NCBI GenBank assembly: GCA_030390025.1
Contig: JASTWF010000070.1
Coordinates: 496,001-560,000, forward strand
Direction of reading: 5' to 3'
Source: Squalus acanthias
Taxonomy: Eukaryota
DNA length: 64,000 nt
The stretch's first letter is position 1, and every line of letters begins with the position of its first letter. The notes beneath the pieces were generated by a model. The model did no database searches, had not been told where the DNA came from, and saw only the letters and a list, made by a program, of their open reading frames with translations. Shown here piece after piece: positions 12,750-25,183 of the stretch. The position numbers and the translations under genes were made by a program.

Positions 12750-14820
12750 GTGATGAGGGACTTCAGTTACATGGATGGACTGGAGAAGCTGGGCTTGTTC
12801 TCCTTAGAGCAGAGAAAGTTGAGAGGAGATTTGATAGAGCTGTTCAAAATCGTGAGGTGTCTAGACAGATGAGATAGAGAGAAACTGTTCCCATTGGCAG
12901 AAGGGCCGAGAACCAGAGGACACGGATTTAAGGTGATTGGCAAAAAACAGAGGCGACATGAGGAAAAACCTCTTTACGCAGCGAGTGGTTAGGATCTGGA
13001 ATGCACTGCCTGAAAGGGTGGTGGAGGCAGACCCAATCGTGGCTTTCAAAGGGGAATTGGAAAAGTATCTGAAGGAAAGAAATTTGCAGGGCTATCGGGA
13101 AAGGGCGCGGGGAGTGTGATTAGCAGAAGTGCTCTTGTGGAGAGCTGGCACGGGCTCGACGGGCCGAATGGACACCTTCTTTGCAGTAACCATTCTATGA
13201 TTCTATGATTTTAAACTTCTAGTGCATTGTTCTATTTCAGGAAAACTTTTTTTTAATTTGCTTGCGGGAAATTTCCAACAAACTGGTCACTAACTTGCTA
13301 CAGTGGCACCAGTCAAGGTACAAAGTACAGAAAAATGCGACACCAGAAAGTTCTCGTTGTTTAAAGTTAGTTGCACACCGCCATCGTACTGATACACTGG
13401 ATTATCTTTAGATTACGCTAAACGGTGTTTGAAAAAACAATACATTCTACGTAAATCCTGGCGAGTGCACAGAGATAGGAACATAGGAACAGGACGAGGC
13501 CATTCAGCTCCTCCAGCCTATTCCGCTATTCAATGAGATCACGGCTGATCTGTATCTTAACTCCATCTATACGCCCTGGTTCCGTAACCCTTAATACCCT
13601 TAACCAACAAAAATCTATCAATCTCAGAGTTGAAATTATCAACTGAGCCCCAACCTCATGGCTTTTGCGGGGAGAGAGTTCCAGATTTCCACTGCACTTT
13701 GAGTGAAGAAGTGCCTCCTGCCATCACCCCTGAACGGTCTGTCTCTCATTTTAAGGTCAGGATCCTGTTCTGGACTCCCCCCACCAGAGGAAATATTTTT
13801 TCACTCTCCAAAGGAGGTATTCTGAGTCAGACAGTGGTGGGATCAAGTTTCGCTCCAGAGACTTGAGCACACAAATCTAGGCTGACAATCCCAGTGCAGT
13901 ATTGAGGGAGCGCTGCACTGTCAGATCTGCCGACTTTAAGATCAACCACTACACTGTGCACAATTTTGGTCTGCTGTGCTAAGTTTTGGTCTCCTTATCT
14001 GAGGAAGGATATACTGGCCTGGGAGGCGGTGCAACGAAGGTTCACTAGATTGATTCCTGGGATGAGAGGGTTGTCCTATGAGGAGAGATTGAGTAGATTG
14101 GGCCCATACTCTCTGGAGTTTGGAAGAATGAGAGGGGATCTCATTGAAACATACAAGATTCTAAAGGGGATGGACAGGGTAGATGCTAAGAGCTTCCCCT
14201 GGCTAGAGTGTTAAGAACTAGGGGGCATAGTCTCAGGATAAGGGGTCGGCCATTTAAGACCGAGATGAGGAGGAATTTCTTCACTCAGAGGGTTGTGAAT
14301 CTTTGGAATTCTCTACCCGAGAGGGCTGTGAATGCTGAGTCTTTGAGTCTATTCAAGGCTGAGATAGATAGATTTTTGGACTCTAGGGGAATCAAAGGAT
14401 ATGGAGGAGGGCGGGAAAGTGGAGTTGAGGTCGATGATCAGACATGATCTTATTGAATGGAGGAGCAGGCTCGAGGGGCCGTATGGCCGACTCCTGCTCT
14501 TATTTCTTATGTTCTTATGAGGCCCAGGAGGAGGCCAATCAATGAGATCACGGCTGATCTGTACCTTGACTCCATCTACCCGCCCTGGTTCCTTAACCCT
14601 TAATACGCATACCCAATAAAAATCTATCAATCTCAGTTTTGAAATTTTCACTTGACCCCCAGCCGCAACGCTTTTTGGGAGAGAGAGTTCCAGGTTTCCA
14701 ATGCCCATTGTGTGAAGAACTGCTTCCTGATGTCACCCCTGAACGGCCTGGCTCTAATTTTAAGTTTATGCCCCCTTGTTCTGGACTCCTCCCACCAGAG
14801 GAATGTTTTTCTCTCTATTT
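12750..14820. mobile_element. Cluster of CR1 3' fragments on both strands plus a SINE piece
   Basis: Repeated RRNFFTQRVV and LEFRRMRGDLIE motifs and (ttctatga)n tails. Confidence 0.8.
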
Positions 14821-14829
14821 AAAGGAGAG

Positions 14830-15290
14830 ACAGCTGTGGCCGAGTTGGTAGCACCTTCGACTTTGAGTCAGAAGTTTGTGTGTTCAAGTCTCATTCTAGA
14901 GACTTGAGCACAAAAATCTAGGCCGACGCTCCCAGTGCAGTATTGAGGGAGTGCTGCACTTTCAGAGCACCCGTCTTTCAGATGAGGCATTAAACTGAGG
15001 CCGTGTCTGCCCTCTCAGGTTGACGTAAAAGATGCAATGGCAATATTTCAAGGAAACGCAGAGGAGTTCACCCTGGAGTCCTGGCCAATAGTTATCCCTC
15101 AAACAGCATCACTAGAAAACCAATGATCTGGTCATTATCACATTGCTCTTTGTGGGAGCTTGCTGTGTGCAAATTGGCCTCTGCGTTTCTTACACTGCAA
15201 CAGTGACCACACCACAGAAAGCACTTCATTGGCTGTATAGCGCTTTGGGACGTCCGGTGGTGGTGAAAGGCGCTATATAAATGCAAATCT
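14830..15290 (+). mobile_element. tRNA-derived SINE
   Basis: A-box-like tggccgagttgg, B-box-like gttcaagtc, and the shared SINE body. Confidence 0.75.
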
Positions 15291-16010
15291 GTCTATTTTC
15301 TATCAACTTTAATCATCTTAAGCTCCTTAGTTTGAGATAGATTAGGTGTTTGTTGAGAGTCTCTGTGGCTTTACATTGCAAGTTAAATTACAGTTTCCAC
15401 CTGCTGTGGATTCTTTCGTAAATCTGATAGAACCCATTCGAGTTCGCGTCTCTTTCCCGCCTTCTTTTTTGATGACATTTTCAATGCAGCAAAATCCAAC
15501 GATGTGTCGAGTCTGGTCACGCGGGCCGCCCCGAGCCTGGAAAACATCTTAAAACAGGGAAATATATTGATATTTAAATCATGTTTATATCAGCTTACTC
15601 GTTCTCCATAAGACACGGGACCGGCTTTCTGTTTATAGGCAACAGTAGACGGATATTACTCATAAATAATCTCAAATTAGAAACCAACAAGATTATTTTT
15701 AAAATCAAAGTATCCATTCAGACAACTGCACAGTTTGATTGGTTGACACGTCGAACCAATCCAATCAGCCGTTTCGTCATGCGCCATCTGCTAGGAGAAG
15801 TGTTTCCAAGGTCAAGGGGCATAGTTCCGAATAATGGCCCCAGGTCATTGTTTTAATAGAATGGAAACCGCTGCTATGGCGCCCCTACCGGCAAGCGAAG
15901 AGTCTGCCTGGGACCTCAATGAAAAAGCTGTTTGCCTGTTAGGAGGGCCAAGCTCGCTGCTTAGTGGTGTAGACAGATAGCAGCAGCGTCTCGTATAGCA
16001 CGTAGAAACG

Positions 16011-16555
16011 NNNNNNNNNNNNNNNNNNNNNNNNNNNNNNNNNNNNNNNNNNNNNNNNNNNNNNNNNNNNNNNNNNNNNNNNNNNNNNNNNNNNNNNNNN
16101 NNNNNNNNNNNNNNNNNNNNNNNNNNNNNNNNNNNNNNNNNNNNNNNNNNNNNNATGACAAGGGCAGCAGGCGCATGGAAACACCACCACCTCCAAGTTC
16201 CCCTCCAAGTCACACATCATCCTGACTTGGAAATATATCGGCCGTTCCTTCATTGTCGTTGGGTAAAAATCCTGGAACTCCCTCCCAAACAGCACCGTGG
16301 GAGCACCTTCACCACACGGGACAGCCGCGGTTCAAGAAGGCGGCTCACCACCACCTTCTCAAGGGCAACTGAGGATGGACAATAAATGCTGGCCTTGCCA
16401 GTGATGCCCACATCCCNNNNNNNNNNNNNNNNNNNNNNNNNNNNNNNNNNNNNNNNNNNNNNNNNNNNNNNNNNNNNNNNNNNNNNNNNNNNNNNNNNNN
16501 NNNNNNNNNNNNNNNNNNNNNNNNNNNNNNNNNNNNNNNNNNNNNNNNNNNNNNN
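16011..16555. other. Assembly gaps (16011-16154 and 16417-16555)
   Basis: N runs. Confidence 1.
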
Positions 16556-17849
16556 GACTCACCCACATATAAACACAGACAGACACACGCACATAAATGC
16601 ATTCTTAAGCCTTGTATATCGACTTAGCATGGAAGCCATTTAGCAACATAGTTTGAGTTATCTTCACAATTATCCAGGAATATCGTCGCATTTCTGCATC
16701 TCTATAATAATTGCTGTGGCCAAAGTATTAAAATCTGTTACCGCACCAGGGCGGGAGTGGGGGGCGACCTCGACTCCCTGTAGAAATAATAAATCTGGTT
16801 ATCTGAAATACAAACTAAAACTGCTGGAATGACACTGCGGATGATTATCTGTCGAGGGCATTATGCCCGAAACATTAACTGATCATTCCTGTCAGTAGAT
16901 ACCACTGCGGTTGATGGATTCGCTCTATTTCCATTCCGAGCGATAATGGGGATTGGATGGAAATTAAGCTAACGTAGACCGCGGTCTGCTCTCTGTTCTC
17001 GGGGCGAAACATTCCTTTGAAGCTAAAATTGTACGCGAACAAAATATGAAACAGGCATTAATTCTGGTAAATCCTTGGTCACGTGCCATAAATATTGAGA
17101 ATAGAATTGTGGGATGGTCTTTGAATCAATCTTAAAAGAACGTGGAAAATATAAAAAGTATACCATTGAAATCGGAGTTGGGGGTTGACTGGTTTTGGCA
17201 CAGTGTTAAATACAGTGTGACTCTTACTGAGGAAAAATGATTCAGTTACTTACTTTTCCTTGTGGGTCTCTTGACTCGTTCTTCTGAAACAATTAACTGT
17301 AATTCGCATTGAAAGATGCGAGAAGGGAATCACATTAAACAAACATTTATTAAAATAGTCCCGATCAACATCAAATCTCTTCTGATCTGCCGCTGTTATG
17401 GAAATGAGGATCAATACTCGAACCAGGATCACCGTGACAGTTATTGCAATGGGAAGGGTCGGAATGCACCACCCTACAGAGAGAAACACTTTGAAAATGC
17501 TGCTGGGTCAAGACATTATTTTCTGGGGTTCTCTGATGAGAAACTTGACCCAGTCACAATGGAGGAGCATTAAACCCGGGGTGTGAAAGGAGAAACCAGC
17601 CATTGCGATTAATATTGGACGAGTAAAAACACATAATGGAATAAACTGCGCTATGTTTGGTGTTTGGGACAAGTTGAAAGACAGGACTCAACAAATATAA
17701 TTCAGCCAGGAGATGCACTTACAGCGGAGAGTTGCTATCAACAGTATATTACGCGTAAACTGCTAGGCTTTATGTAAACACCCTGACAAAATTGTGTTTC
17801 AAAAATTAACAAATGAAGTAATTAGCATTAACATGTCAGACTGAGACGT

Positions 17850-18095
17850 CTCTCTCTATCTAGCTGTCTCCTTACCTATCTATCTATCTTTATCTTTCTA
17901 TCTCTAACTCTATCTATATATATCACCATCTCTATCTCTGTCTCTAACTCAATCTCTATCTCCATCTTCATCTCTATCTTTATATCTGTCTCAATCTCAA
18001 TCGCTATCTCCAGGCCTTTATCTCCATCTATCTCTATCTCTATATCTCGCTATTTTCATGATCTCTGTCTACATCTGTATCGCTATATCTAACCT
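17850..18095. repeat. Degenerate (TCTA/TATCTC)n microsatellite
   Basis: Visible low-complexity tract. Confidence 0.85.
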
Positions 18096-19319
18096 CGAAG
18101 AGTTTGCAATAACCCATTCTTTGTGAGGCCTCAAAAACAGAGCGTGATGTTGCAGCCAATTGGTGATCTCAACAATACAAACTGATTCAAATGAAAATAG
18201 CTCTCTTGAGCAAACTGAGCGGGGTTATAGTTTTACAACAGGAAAATTAAAGAAAGCGGGTGTAGTTGGGCCTCCTCCCATGCCAGTAGTCCCACACTAT
18301 CGATCAAGTCGAAGCATTTCCGAGCATTAACTCATTTCTGATCAGAAAATCAATATACTTATTTTTATGACAAACTTAAAATTAAGAAATCCAATCGGAA
18401 ATTCAGGAGAAACTTCTTTACCCAGAGAGTGGTGAGAATGTGGAACTCGCTACCACAGGGAGTGGTTGAGGCGAATAGTATAGATACATTTAAGAGGAAG
18501 CTAGATAAACACATGAGGTCGAAATGAATAGAAGGATAGGCTGATTGGGTGAGATGAAGAGGGGACGGAGGAGGCTCGTGTGGAGCAGAAACACCGGCAT
18601 GGATCAGTTCGGCCGAATGGCCTGTGTCTGTACTGCACATTCTGTGTAATTCTATGGAAGGCGCCTATGGAACCTACGTCAAGGGTGGCCATTTTCAGAA
18701 GAATGAAGCGGTATGGAAACGGGGAGCTAAGAGAAAGTTACATCAATTTTAATTTTAGAAATAATTTCTGGTAGAACTGGTTTTGAGTTGAGCAGGCCAT
18801 TTAGTACCTTACTGAATTTCTGAACAGTGATGCGGAAATGCCTGACCTCAACTGACAAAGAAGCGAGCCTGAGCTTGAAGCAGAGAGGGGGCAGCTCGTT
18901 GGCAGCGAAGAGGCGCTTTGGCTGTGACCGCGCCTGTTGCTCTGAATACCACAGATCACGCTGCTCGGGCCGCTTGCGAAGAGATGTGCAAAGTGCAGCG
19001 AGTTGCGGAAACGGCTGGCCGAGATTCTGACTTGAGCTGGAAAATAATGGCCGAGCTAGAAGCTCTCTGTGGTTTTCCTGTTTCTGCAGATTAGCCGCCC
19101 ACACACACAAAGGTCAAACAGTGAGGCACCATGTTCAACCGCACACAGAAGACAGTTGTCACTCAGGATCGATTCAACTGAACAGAGAGCAGACTCGAGT
19201 ACATTGACCACATTTACAGCCTCCCCTTCCACGTGACACCGCGTCCTGTTTATCTGCATTGCCCAGTGTTTGCCAAGGAGTAATTGATCCTATTCTGACC
19301 CTCAATATAATTCATGAAA

Positions 19320-20750
19320 TATCCACTCCTCCCACCACCGGCGAACCGTGGCTGCAGTGTGTACCATCTACAAGATGCACTGCAGCAACTCGCCAAGGCT
19401 TCGCCGACAGCACCTCCCAAACCCGCGACCTCCACCACCTAGAAGGACAAGGGCAGCAGACGCATGGGAACACCACCACCTCCAAGTTCCCCCTCCAAGT
19501 CACGCACACCAACCTGACTTGGACAAATGTCGGCCGTTCCTTCATCGTCGCTGGGTCAAAATCCTGGAACTTCCTCCCTAACACAGCTGTAGGAGCGCCT
19601 TCACCACACGGACTGCAGTAGGAAGTCCACCACCACCTTCTCAAGGACAATTAAGAGTGGGCAATAAATGCCAGTCTTGCCAGCGATGCCCACACCCCAC
19701 GAACGAACAAAAGTAAACAACAAGGCTCTTACTTTGATCAAAAGGTAAAGAAAAGTGTGTTTATACCAAATTGTTATAAACGTTCCACCCACCGTCCTTC
19801 GGTTTCATTCCTCTAAGGATTTTCCAAGTGCAGATTTTCGGAGATTTGCTCTGTAGGGCACCTGCTGAATTTCCTCTGATAATCATTTCCGGTGAAATCG
19901 CAAGCCATCTCTTTCTGGAATACCTTTACGGTCCAATACCAATAGCGACCATTAGACATCCTTATTCACGATGCTGCTAACAGATTGCAGCCAGGGTTCA
20001 ATGTCCTTCAATTATTCGGTGTATGGAAATGCTTCCGTGTCGTGACTAGTTTTGGATTACATTCTGAACTTCTGGCTTTCACCTCCCAACTCCGTGACCA
20101 CCACCACCTAGAAGGACAGGGGCAGCAGGTGAAGGGGATCAGCACCACCTCCAAGTTCCCCTCCAAGTCACACACACAGAATCATGGCATCATAGATTGT
20201 TTGCAGCACAGGAGGAGACCATTCGGCCCATCGAGCCCGTGCCGGCTCTCTGCAAGAGCACTTCAGCGAGTCCCACTCCCCCGCCCTTTCCCCGTAACCC
20301 TGAATTAGTTTCCCTACAGGTCCTTATCCAATTCCCTTTCGAAAGCCACGATTCAGTCTGCTTCCACCACCCATTCAAGCAGTGCATTCCAGATCCTAAA
20401 CAATTGCTGTGTGAAAAAGTTTTTCCTCATGTCGTCTTGGTTCTTCTCCTTAAATCTGTGTCCTCTAGTTCTCGGCCCTCCTGCCAATGGGAACAGTTTC
20501 TCTCTATCTACTCTGTCTGGACCCCTCTTGATTTTGAACCATCCTGACTTGGAAATATATCGGCCGTTCTTTCATCGTCGCTGGGTCAAAATCCTGGAAC
20601 TCCCTCCCGAACAGCACTGTGGGAGCACCTTCACAACACGGACTGCAGCGGTTCAAGAAGGTGGCTCACCACCACCTTCTCAAGGGCAACTAGGAATGGG
20701 CAATAAATGCCGGCTTTGCCAGCGACGCCCACATCCCGTGAATGAAGTAA
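19320..20750 (+). mobile_element. Non-LTR retrotransposon 3'-end fragments (also at 16155-16416), one interrupted by a CR1 piece
   Basis: The block aagggcagcag...caccaccacctccaagttcccctccaagtcacac...caataaatgc occurs three times in the window. Confidence 0.65.
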
Positions 20751-21106
20751 ATACAATTCTAAACTTTAACTGCCAAAATTAAAATTCAGAACAATGACAA
20801 ATGCGCACATCCATACTATAACCTTTCTGTCACCCTCTCCGAACTGTAATCGAAAGCTCTTTATGTCCACTCTGCAATTTGCATTAGACTGACCGCTGTG
20901 ACGCACAGACACTGCCCACATGTAAAATGCATCAGGCGTGGGATCTAACAAGATACTGCATCTAAAGGCTTAGCTCTTAATAGTTTCCACCGTATCTGAA
21001 GGGGGTGTAACCAACTGTGTGTGCGCTCGGGTCACTCGGCGCCCACTCCGACTGCAGAATGTTGAGAGCGAGCACGGGAATAACTGAGCGCGGTTCCGGC
21101 CTCAAG

Positions 21107-21161
21107 ATGTTCAAGGCAGCTTTTTCCCTGATCCTCATTGTCCACGTGTTCTCTTCTTACG
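21107..21161 (+). CDS. Gene A leader exon
   Basis: MFKAAFSLILIVHVFSSY then G|GTGAGT. Hydrophobic, phase 1. Confidence 0.85.
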
Positions 21162-21796
21162 GTGAGTGAGACACGGTTCCAAACTCCTAAATGGAATCAG
21201 CCAAAAACTGGAAACAATGGACTGTGTTTACTATGTTGAAAATGTGACCGAGCTGACTGCTTTTGGGCTGATATTTTCGCCCCCTCCCTATCTCTGTAAC
21301 CTCCTCCAGCCCTGCAACCCTCCGAGATCTCAGCGCTCCTCCAATTCTGCGCTCTTGCGCATCCCCCGATTTTAATTGCTCCAACATTGGTGGCGGTGCC
21401 GTCAGCTGCCTGGGCCCTCAGCTCTGGAATACCCTCCCTAAACCTCTCCGTCTCTCTCGCCTCCTTTAAGACTCTCCTTAAAACCTACCTCTTTGACCAA
21501 GCTTTTGGTCACCTGTCCTAATATCTCAGTTTGTGGCTCGGAGTCAAATTTCGGTAAAGCGCCTTGGGTCGTTTAATTACGTTAAAGGCGCTGTATCAAA
21601 GACAGTTGTTGTTGATGATGTTGGTTTACTTTCTGGTCCTTCTATAAGGCGAAGTAAAGGCAAACTAGAGAATGGATATAACAAGTAATAACTGAAGGCA
21701 ATAATGATGCTGTTCTTAAATTATAGGCGAGGTGATTCAACGCGGCTTCTTTCTATCGCTCAATAATCAGTTCTAATGTAACAATAATCCCTCTAG

Positions 21797-22129
21797 TTGC
21801 AGAATCCCAGCCCATCCTGTCTCGGAGCCCCTTCACAGTGACAGCCGGAGTCGGCCAGTCGGTTAAATTGGAATGTCACCAGATTTATGAAGTGTATTTG
21901 GTGAATAGTTATTTCTGGTACAAGCAGCATGTGGGTGAAGCACCGAGACTAATCGATATCCCATCATGTAATCGGACCGATTGCAAGTTTACTTCTAAAA
22001 AAGGACACACCAAATAAAAACTGATCCTGGAAATCCGCAATGTGCAGGTGGCTGACACCGGCTCCTATTACTGTGCTGATAGGGATGGCAATGCACCGCT
22101 CTGGAATGGATCCACACTGCTGGTTGGAG
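21797..22129 (+). pseudogene. Gene A VJ-type V exon with an internal stop
   Basis: VAESQPILSRSPFTVTAGVGQSVKLECHQIYEVYLVNSYFWYKQHVGEAPRLIDIPSCNRTDCKFTSKKGHTK*KLILEIRNVQVADTGSYYCADRDGNAPLWNGSTLLVG|GTAAGA. V-set Cys, WYKQ and DxGxYYC are present. Confidence 0.88.
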
Positions 22130-22219
22130 GTAAGAGCAAAACAAAATTGAATTCAGATCATGCACAGCAATATCATTCGGTGTAAAGTAAGAGTTAACTG
22201 TGTCCCAATCCCTGTCCAG

Positions 22220-22540
22220 ACAGTTCCACACCCAAGACGGCTGTGCTGGTGTTTGCTCCGCCGGGGGAGCCGCATTTAAGGGGCACCGTCCCCTTGGTGT
22301 GTTTGGTCACTGGCATCTCCTCGAACCAGATTGCTATTTACTGGAACGTTACCGGACAGTTGGCCGAGGGACCGAGCGATTCCGGTACACTGAACCCGGA
22401 CGGGACCTACAGCATCAGAAGCCATGTGATGGTCTCGGGGGAAGCCTGGAGAAGCGGCGGGGTCTGCACCTGTATTGTTGAGCTGGGTTCCAATGACAAA
22501 TCTTGGGCCAAGAGCGTGTCGCGCCCCAAAACAGTGGCAG
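22220..22540 (+). CDS. Gene A C1-set Ig exon
   Basis: DSSTPKTAVLVFAPP...VPLVCLVTGISSNQIAIYWNVTG...DGTYSIRSHVMVSGEAWRSGGVCTCIVELG...; 321 nt, phase 1-1, open. Confidence 0.9.
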
Positions 22541-24237
22541 GTGAGTCTGTGATCTGTATAGCGAAGGTCAGCATTTAGCTTTAGCGTCAGTTGGAGTATT
22601 TCACTCGCTCCTAAGCGCCTGAAGTCTGTAATTAAAGCAACACCACGGGATTAGCATGAATATCTATATATCAGGAGAATAGTGCTGTCAGTTTGTTATA
22701 AAACACATTGAAATAAGCTACGGTCACCCACCGTCCAAGGTCTTGTAAATACTTCCTCCGCTCTTGGCTGACTTTATATTTCTGCGGGTCATTTTAGAAT
22801 CATAGAATGATGCAGCACAGAAGGAGGCCATTCGGCCCATCGTGCCTGTGCCGGCTCTTTGAAAGAGCTCTCCAAATAATCCCACTCTCCAGTGCTCTTT
22901 CCCCATAGCCCTTGCAGAATTTTCCCCTTCAAGTATTTATCCGATTCCCTTTTGAAAGTTATTAGTGAATCAGCTTCCACCGCCCTTTCAGGCAGCGCAT
23001 CCTGGAATGGATTGGAGTGAACGCGCTTTCTGACCTGAAACTAGTCAAGAGATGCGGTGAAATAGTTGGCTGAACGCGTCTTCTGGCATCAGATGCTCGC
23101 TCATTTCCACCCGTTTATTTTCTCGTTTCCTGTTTTAAAGACCCGAACCCCACTTATCAACCCCACTTTCCCCGTGAAATATAATTTCATATAATCGGGT
23201 TATGAAGCTTCACTGAAATTGGGTAATCGTTCCAGTTTATCACTCATAAAACATGTGGGGTGTTTGTGCACAAATCTTTGAAGGTGGCAGGAGAAGTCGA
23301 GAAGACTGTTAAAAATACATATGGGGTGCTTGGTTTATTAATAGAGGAATAGAGTACAGAAGCAAGGAAGTTATGCTAAACATTTATAAAGCAATGGTTG
23401 GGCCACAGCTGGAGTATAGTGTCTAATTCTGGCCAAAACACTTTAGGAAGGATGTCAATTCCTTGGAGAGGGCAGAGAGGAGATTTCCTAGAATCGTAAC
23501 AGGGATGAGGGACTTCAGTTATGTGGAGAGACTGGAGAAGCTGGGATTGATTGTTCTCCTTAGATGAGAGAAGGTTAAGAGGAGATTTCATAGAGGTGTT
23601 CAATCATGAATCATGAATGGTTCTGATAGAATAAATAAGGAGAAACTTTTCCCATTGGCAGAAGGGTCGGTAACCAGATGACACGAATTTAAGGTGATTG
23701 GCAAAAGTACCAGAGACGACATGAGGCGACATTTTTTTACGCAGCGATTTGTTGTGATCTGGAACGCGCTGCCTGAAAGGGCGGTGGAAGCAGATTCAAT
23801 AGTAACCTTCAAAAGAGAATTGGATAAATACTTGAAGGGGTAACATTAACAGGGCTATGGGGAAAGAGAAGGGGGAGTGGGACTAATTGGGTAGCTCCAC
23901 CAAAGAGCCGGCACAGCCACGATGGGTTGAATGGTCTCCTTCTGTGCTGTAATCACTCTATGATTCAGTTCTCAAATAGGATGTTTTGATTGTGCGTTAT
24001 TAAAATTATGGGGCAATACTGAGATTAGCGTTTGTCAATTTACCAAAACCACCAAACTAGTGCAATTTATTCCATTTTGAGCTTTCAATTGACCAATATT
24101 AGTCGCATTGGCTGGTTTGTCCTTTCACACACCGGCTTTGATGCTCCTACATTGTAACTGGTTCAGGTTTCTCATCAGAGAATCCCAGAAAGTAATGAGT
24201 TGACCCAGCAGCATTTTCTAAGTGTTTCTCTCTGTAG

Positions 24238-24339
24238 GGTGGTGCATTCTGACCCTTCCCGTTGCAATAATTGTCTCGTTGAACCTGGTTCTGGTATTGA
24301 TCCTCATTTTCATTTGGAATCGTAAAAGCGGCAGATCAG
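24238..24339 (+). CDS. Gene A transmembrane exon
   Basis: tctgtag| then GWCILTLPVAIIVSLNLVLVLILIFIWNRKSGRS and G|GTGAGA. 102 nt, phase 1-1, hydrophobic span followed by basic residues. Confidence 0.88.
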
Positions 24340-24437
24340 GTGAGAATTTACGTTTATCAGGAATATTTTAATAAATGTTTGTTTAATGTGACTCCCTTCT
24401 CGAAGATTTCAATACTAATTACAGTTAACTGTTTCAG

Positions 24438-24468
24438 AAGAACGAGTCAAAATACCCCACAAGAAAAG
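24438..24468 (+). CDS. Gene A cytoplasmic micro-exon (31 nt, frameshifted relative to a 30-nt paralog)
   Basis: gtttcag|AAGAACGAG...AAAAG|GTGAGT. The paralogous exon at 17254-17283 (-) is 30 nt with intact splice sites. Confidence 0.65.
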
Positions 24469-25133
24469 GTGAGTAATTGATCCATTTACAAACTTCCTCA
24501 GTAATAGTCTCACTCTAATTAATACTGTGTCAGAACCAGTCAACCCCAACTCCAATTTCAATATTTTCCACGTTCTTTTAAGATTGATTCAAAGTCCATT
24601 CCACAATTCTGTTCTCGATATTTATGGCACGTGACCAAGGACTTACAAGAAGTAATGCTTGTTTCATATTTTTGTTCGCATACAGTTTTAGTTTGAGAGA
24701 GAGAACGATAAGAACAGGAAGAAATGAGCGACACTCAGGTGAGTTGGACTGAAATGTTGCTGCAGGTAGAACATCAATTGTGGGATATTTCAAAGATCAA
24801 TCAGTGCATTTCCCGCCATGCAAAAGTCCTGCCATCGTGCTCATGTCTGCCGGACCTACAGAAAGCCTAATTATTGGTTATTAATGCTGACAATTATGTA
24901 TCAGATCCACAATAGAGATAAGGCACCGGGGGTTTATCATCCATGTCCATCCATTGGCGTATTGGGATACCATTGGCATATTGGGGTATCATTAGCATAT
25001 TGCTGGACCATTGGCATATTGGTGGACCATGGGAATATTAGGGGGCCATTGGCGCATGGTGCCTCTATAATTAATTATACATTAGCCAGAATTGATAATA
25101 TTTAAATTCATATTCTTAACTGTTAATACACAG

Positions 25134-25183
25134 ATGACACCCGTCAAATGGAGGCGAAGCGGACACATCAGGGTGCAATACAT
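25134..25183 (+). CDS. Gene A cytoplasmic exon
   Basis: acacag|, DDTRQMEAKRTHQGAIH, |GTAAGT. Phase 1 to 0, bridging the TM and last exons. Confidence 0.7.

Larger units (their letters stand above)
15400..19200 (-). pseudogene. Decayed third VJ-C1 family relic (B-like promoter/leader plus A-like TM and tail exons)
   Basis: 18900-19200 aligns by eye with the gene B upstream region (42592-42900). Leader relic 18899-18847 starts with ACG. TM relic 17473-17382 has a 10-bp deletion and no donor. Micro-exon at 17283-17254. Last-exon relic from 15530 has the acceptor AG changed to GG and has lost the Tyr. Confidence 0.75.

Noticed and set aside
13952-13965. CACTGTG-CACAATT, resembling a RAG signal joint
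   Set aside because: There are no nonamers at 12 or 23 bp, and it matches a duplicated piece of the CR1 RT sequence (tactgtgcacagttttggtc, YCAQFW).
16742-16777. Possible 36-nt minus-strand exon (GSRGRPPLPPWC)
   Set aside because: The homologous gene A site (~25500) lacks the AG and GT, so the splice-like signals are probably chance.
17190-17220. GGTTTTGGC...CAGTGTG, resembling an RSS
   Set aside because: The spacer is 11 or 13 bp, both elements are imperfect, the site is intronic, and it is not retained in the gene A homolog.
18650-18726. Possible 5' remnant of a V exon in the relic
   Set aside because: An acceptor-like sequence is present, but the translation has stops and no Cys/Trp anchors, so it cannot be supported.
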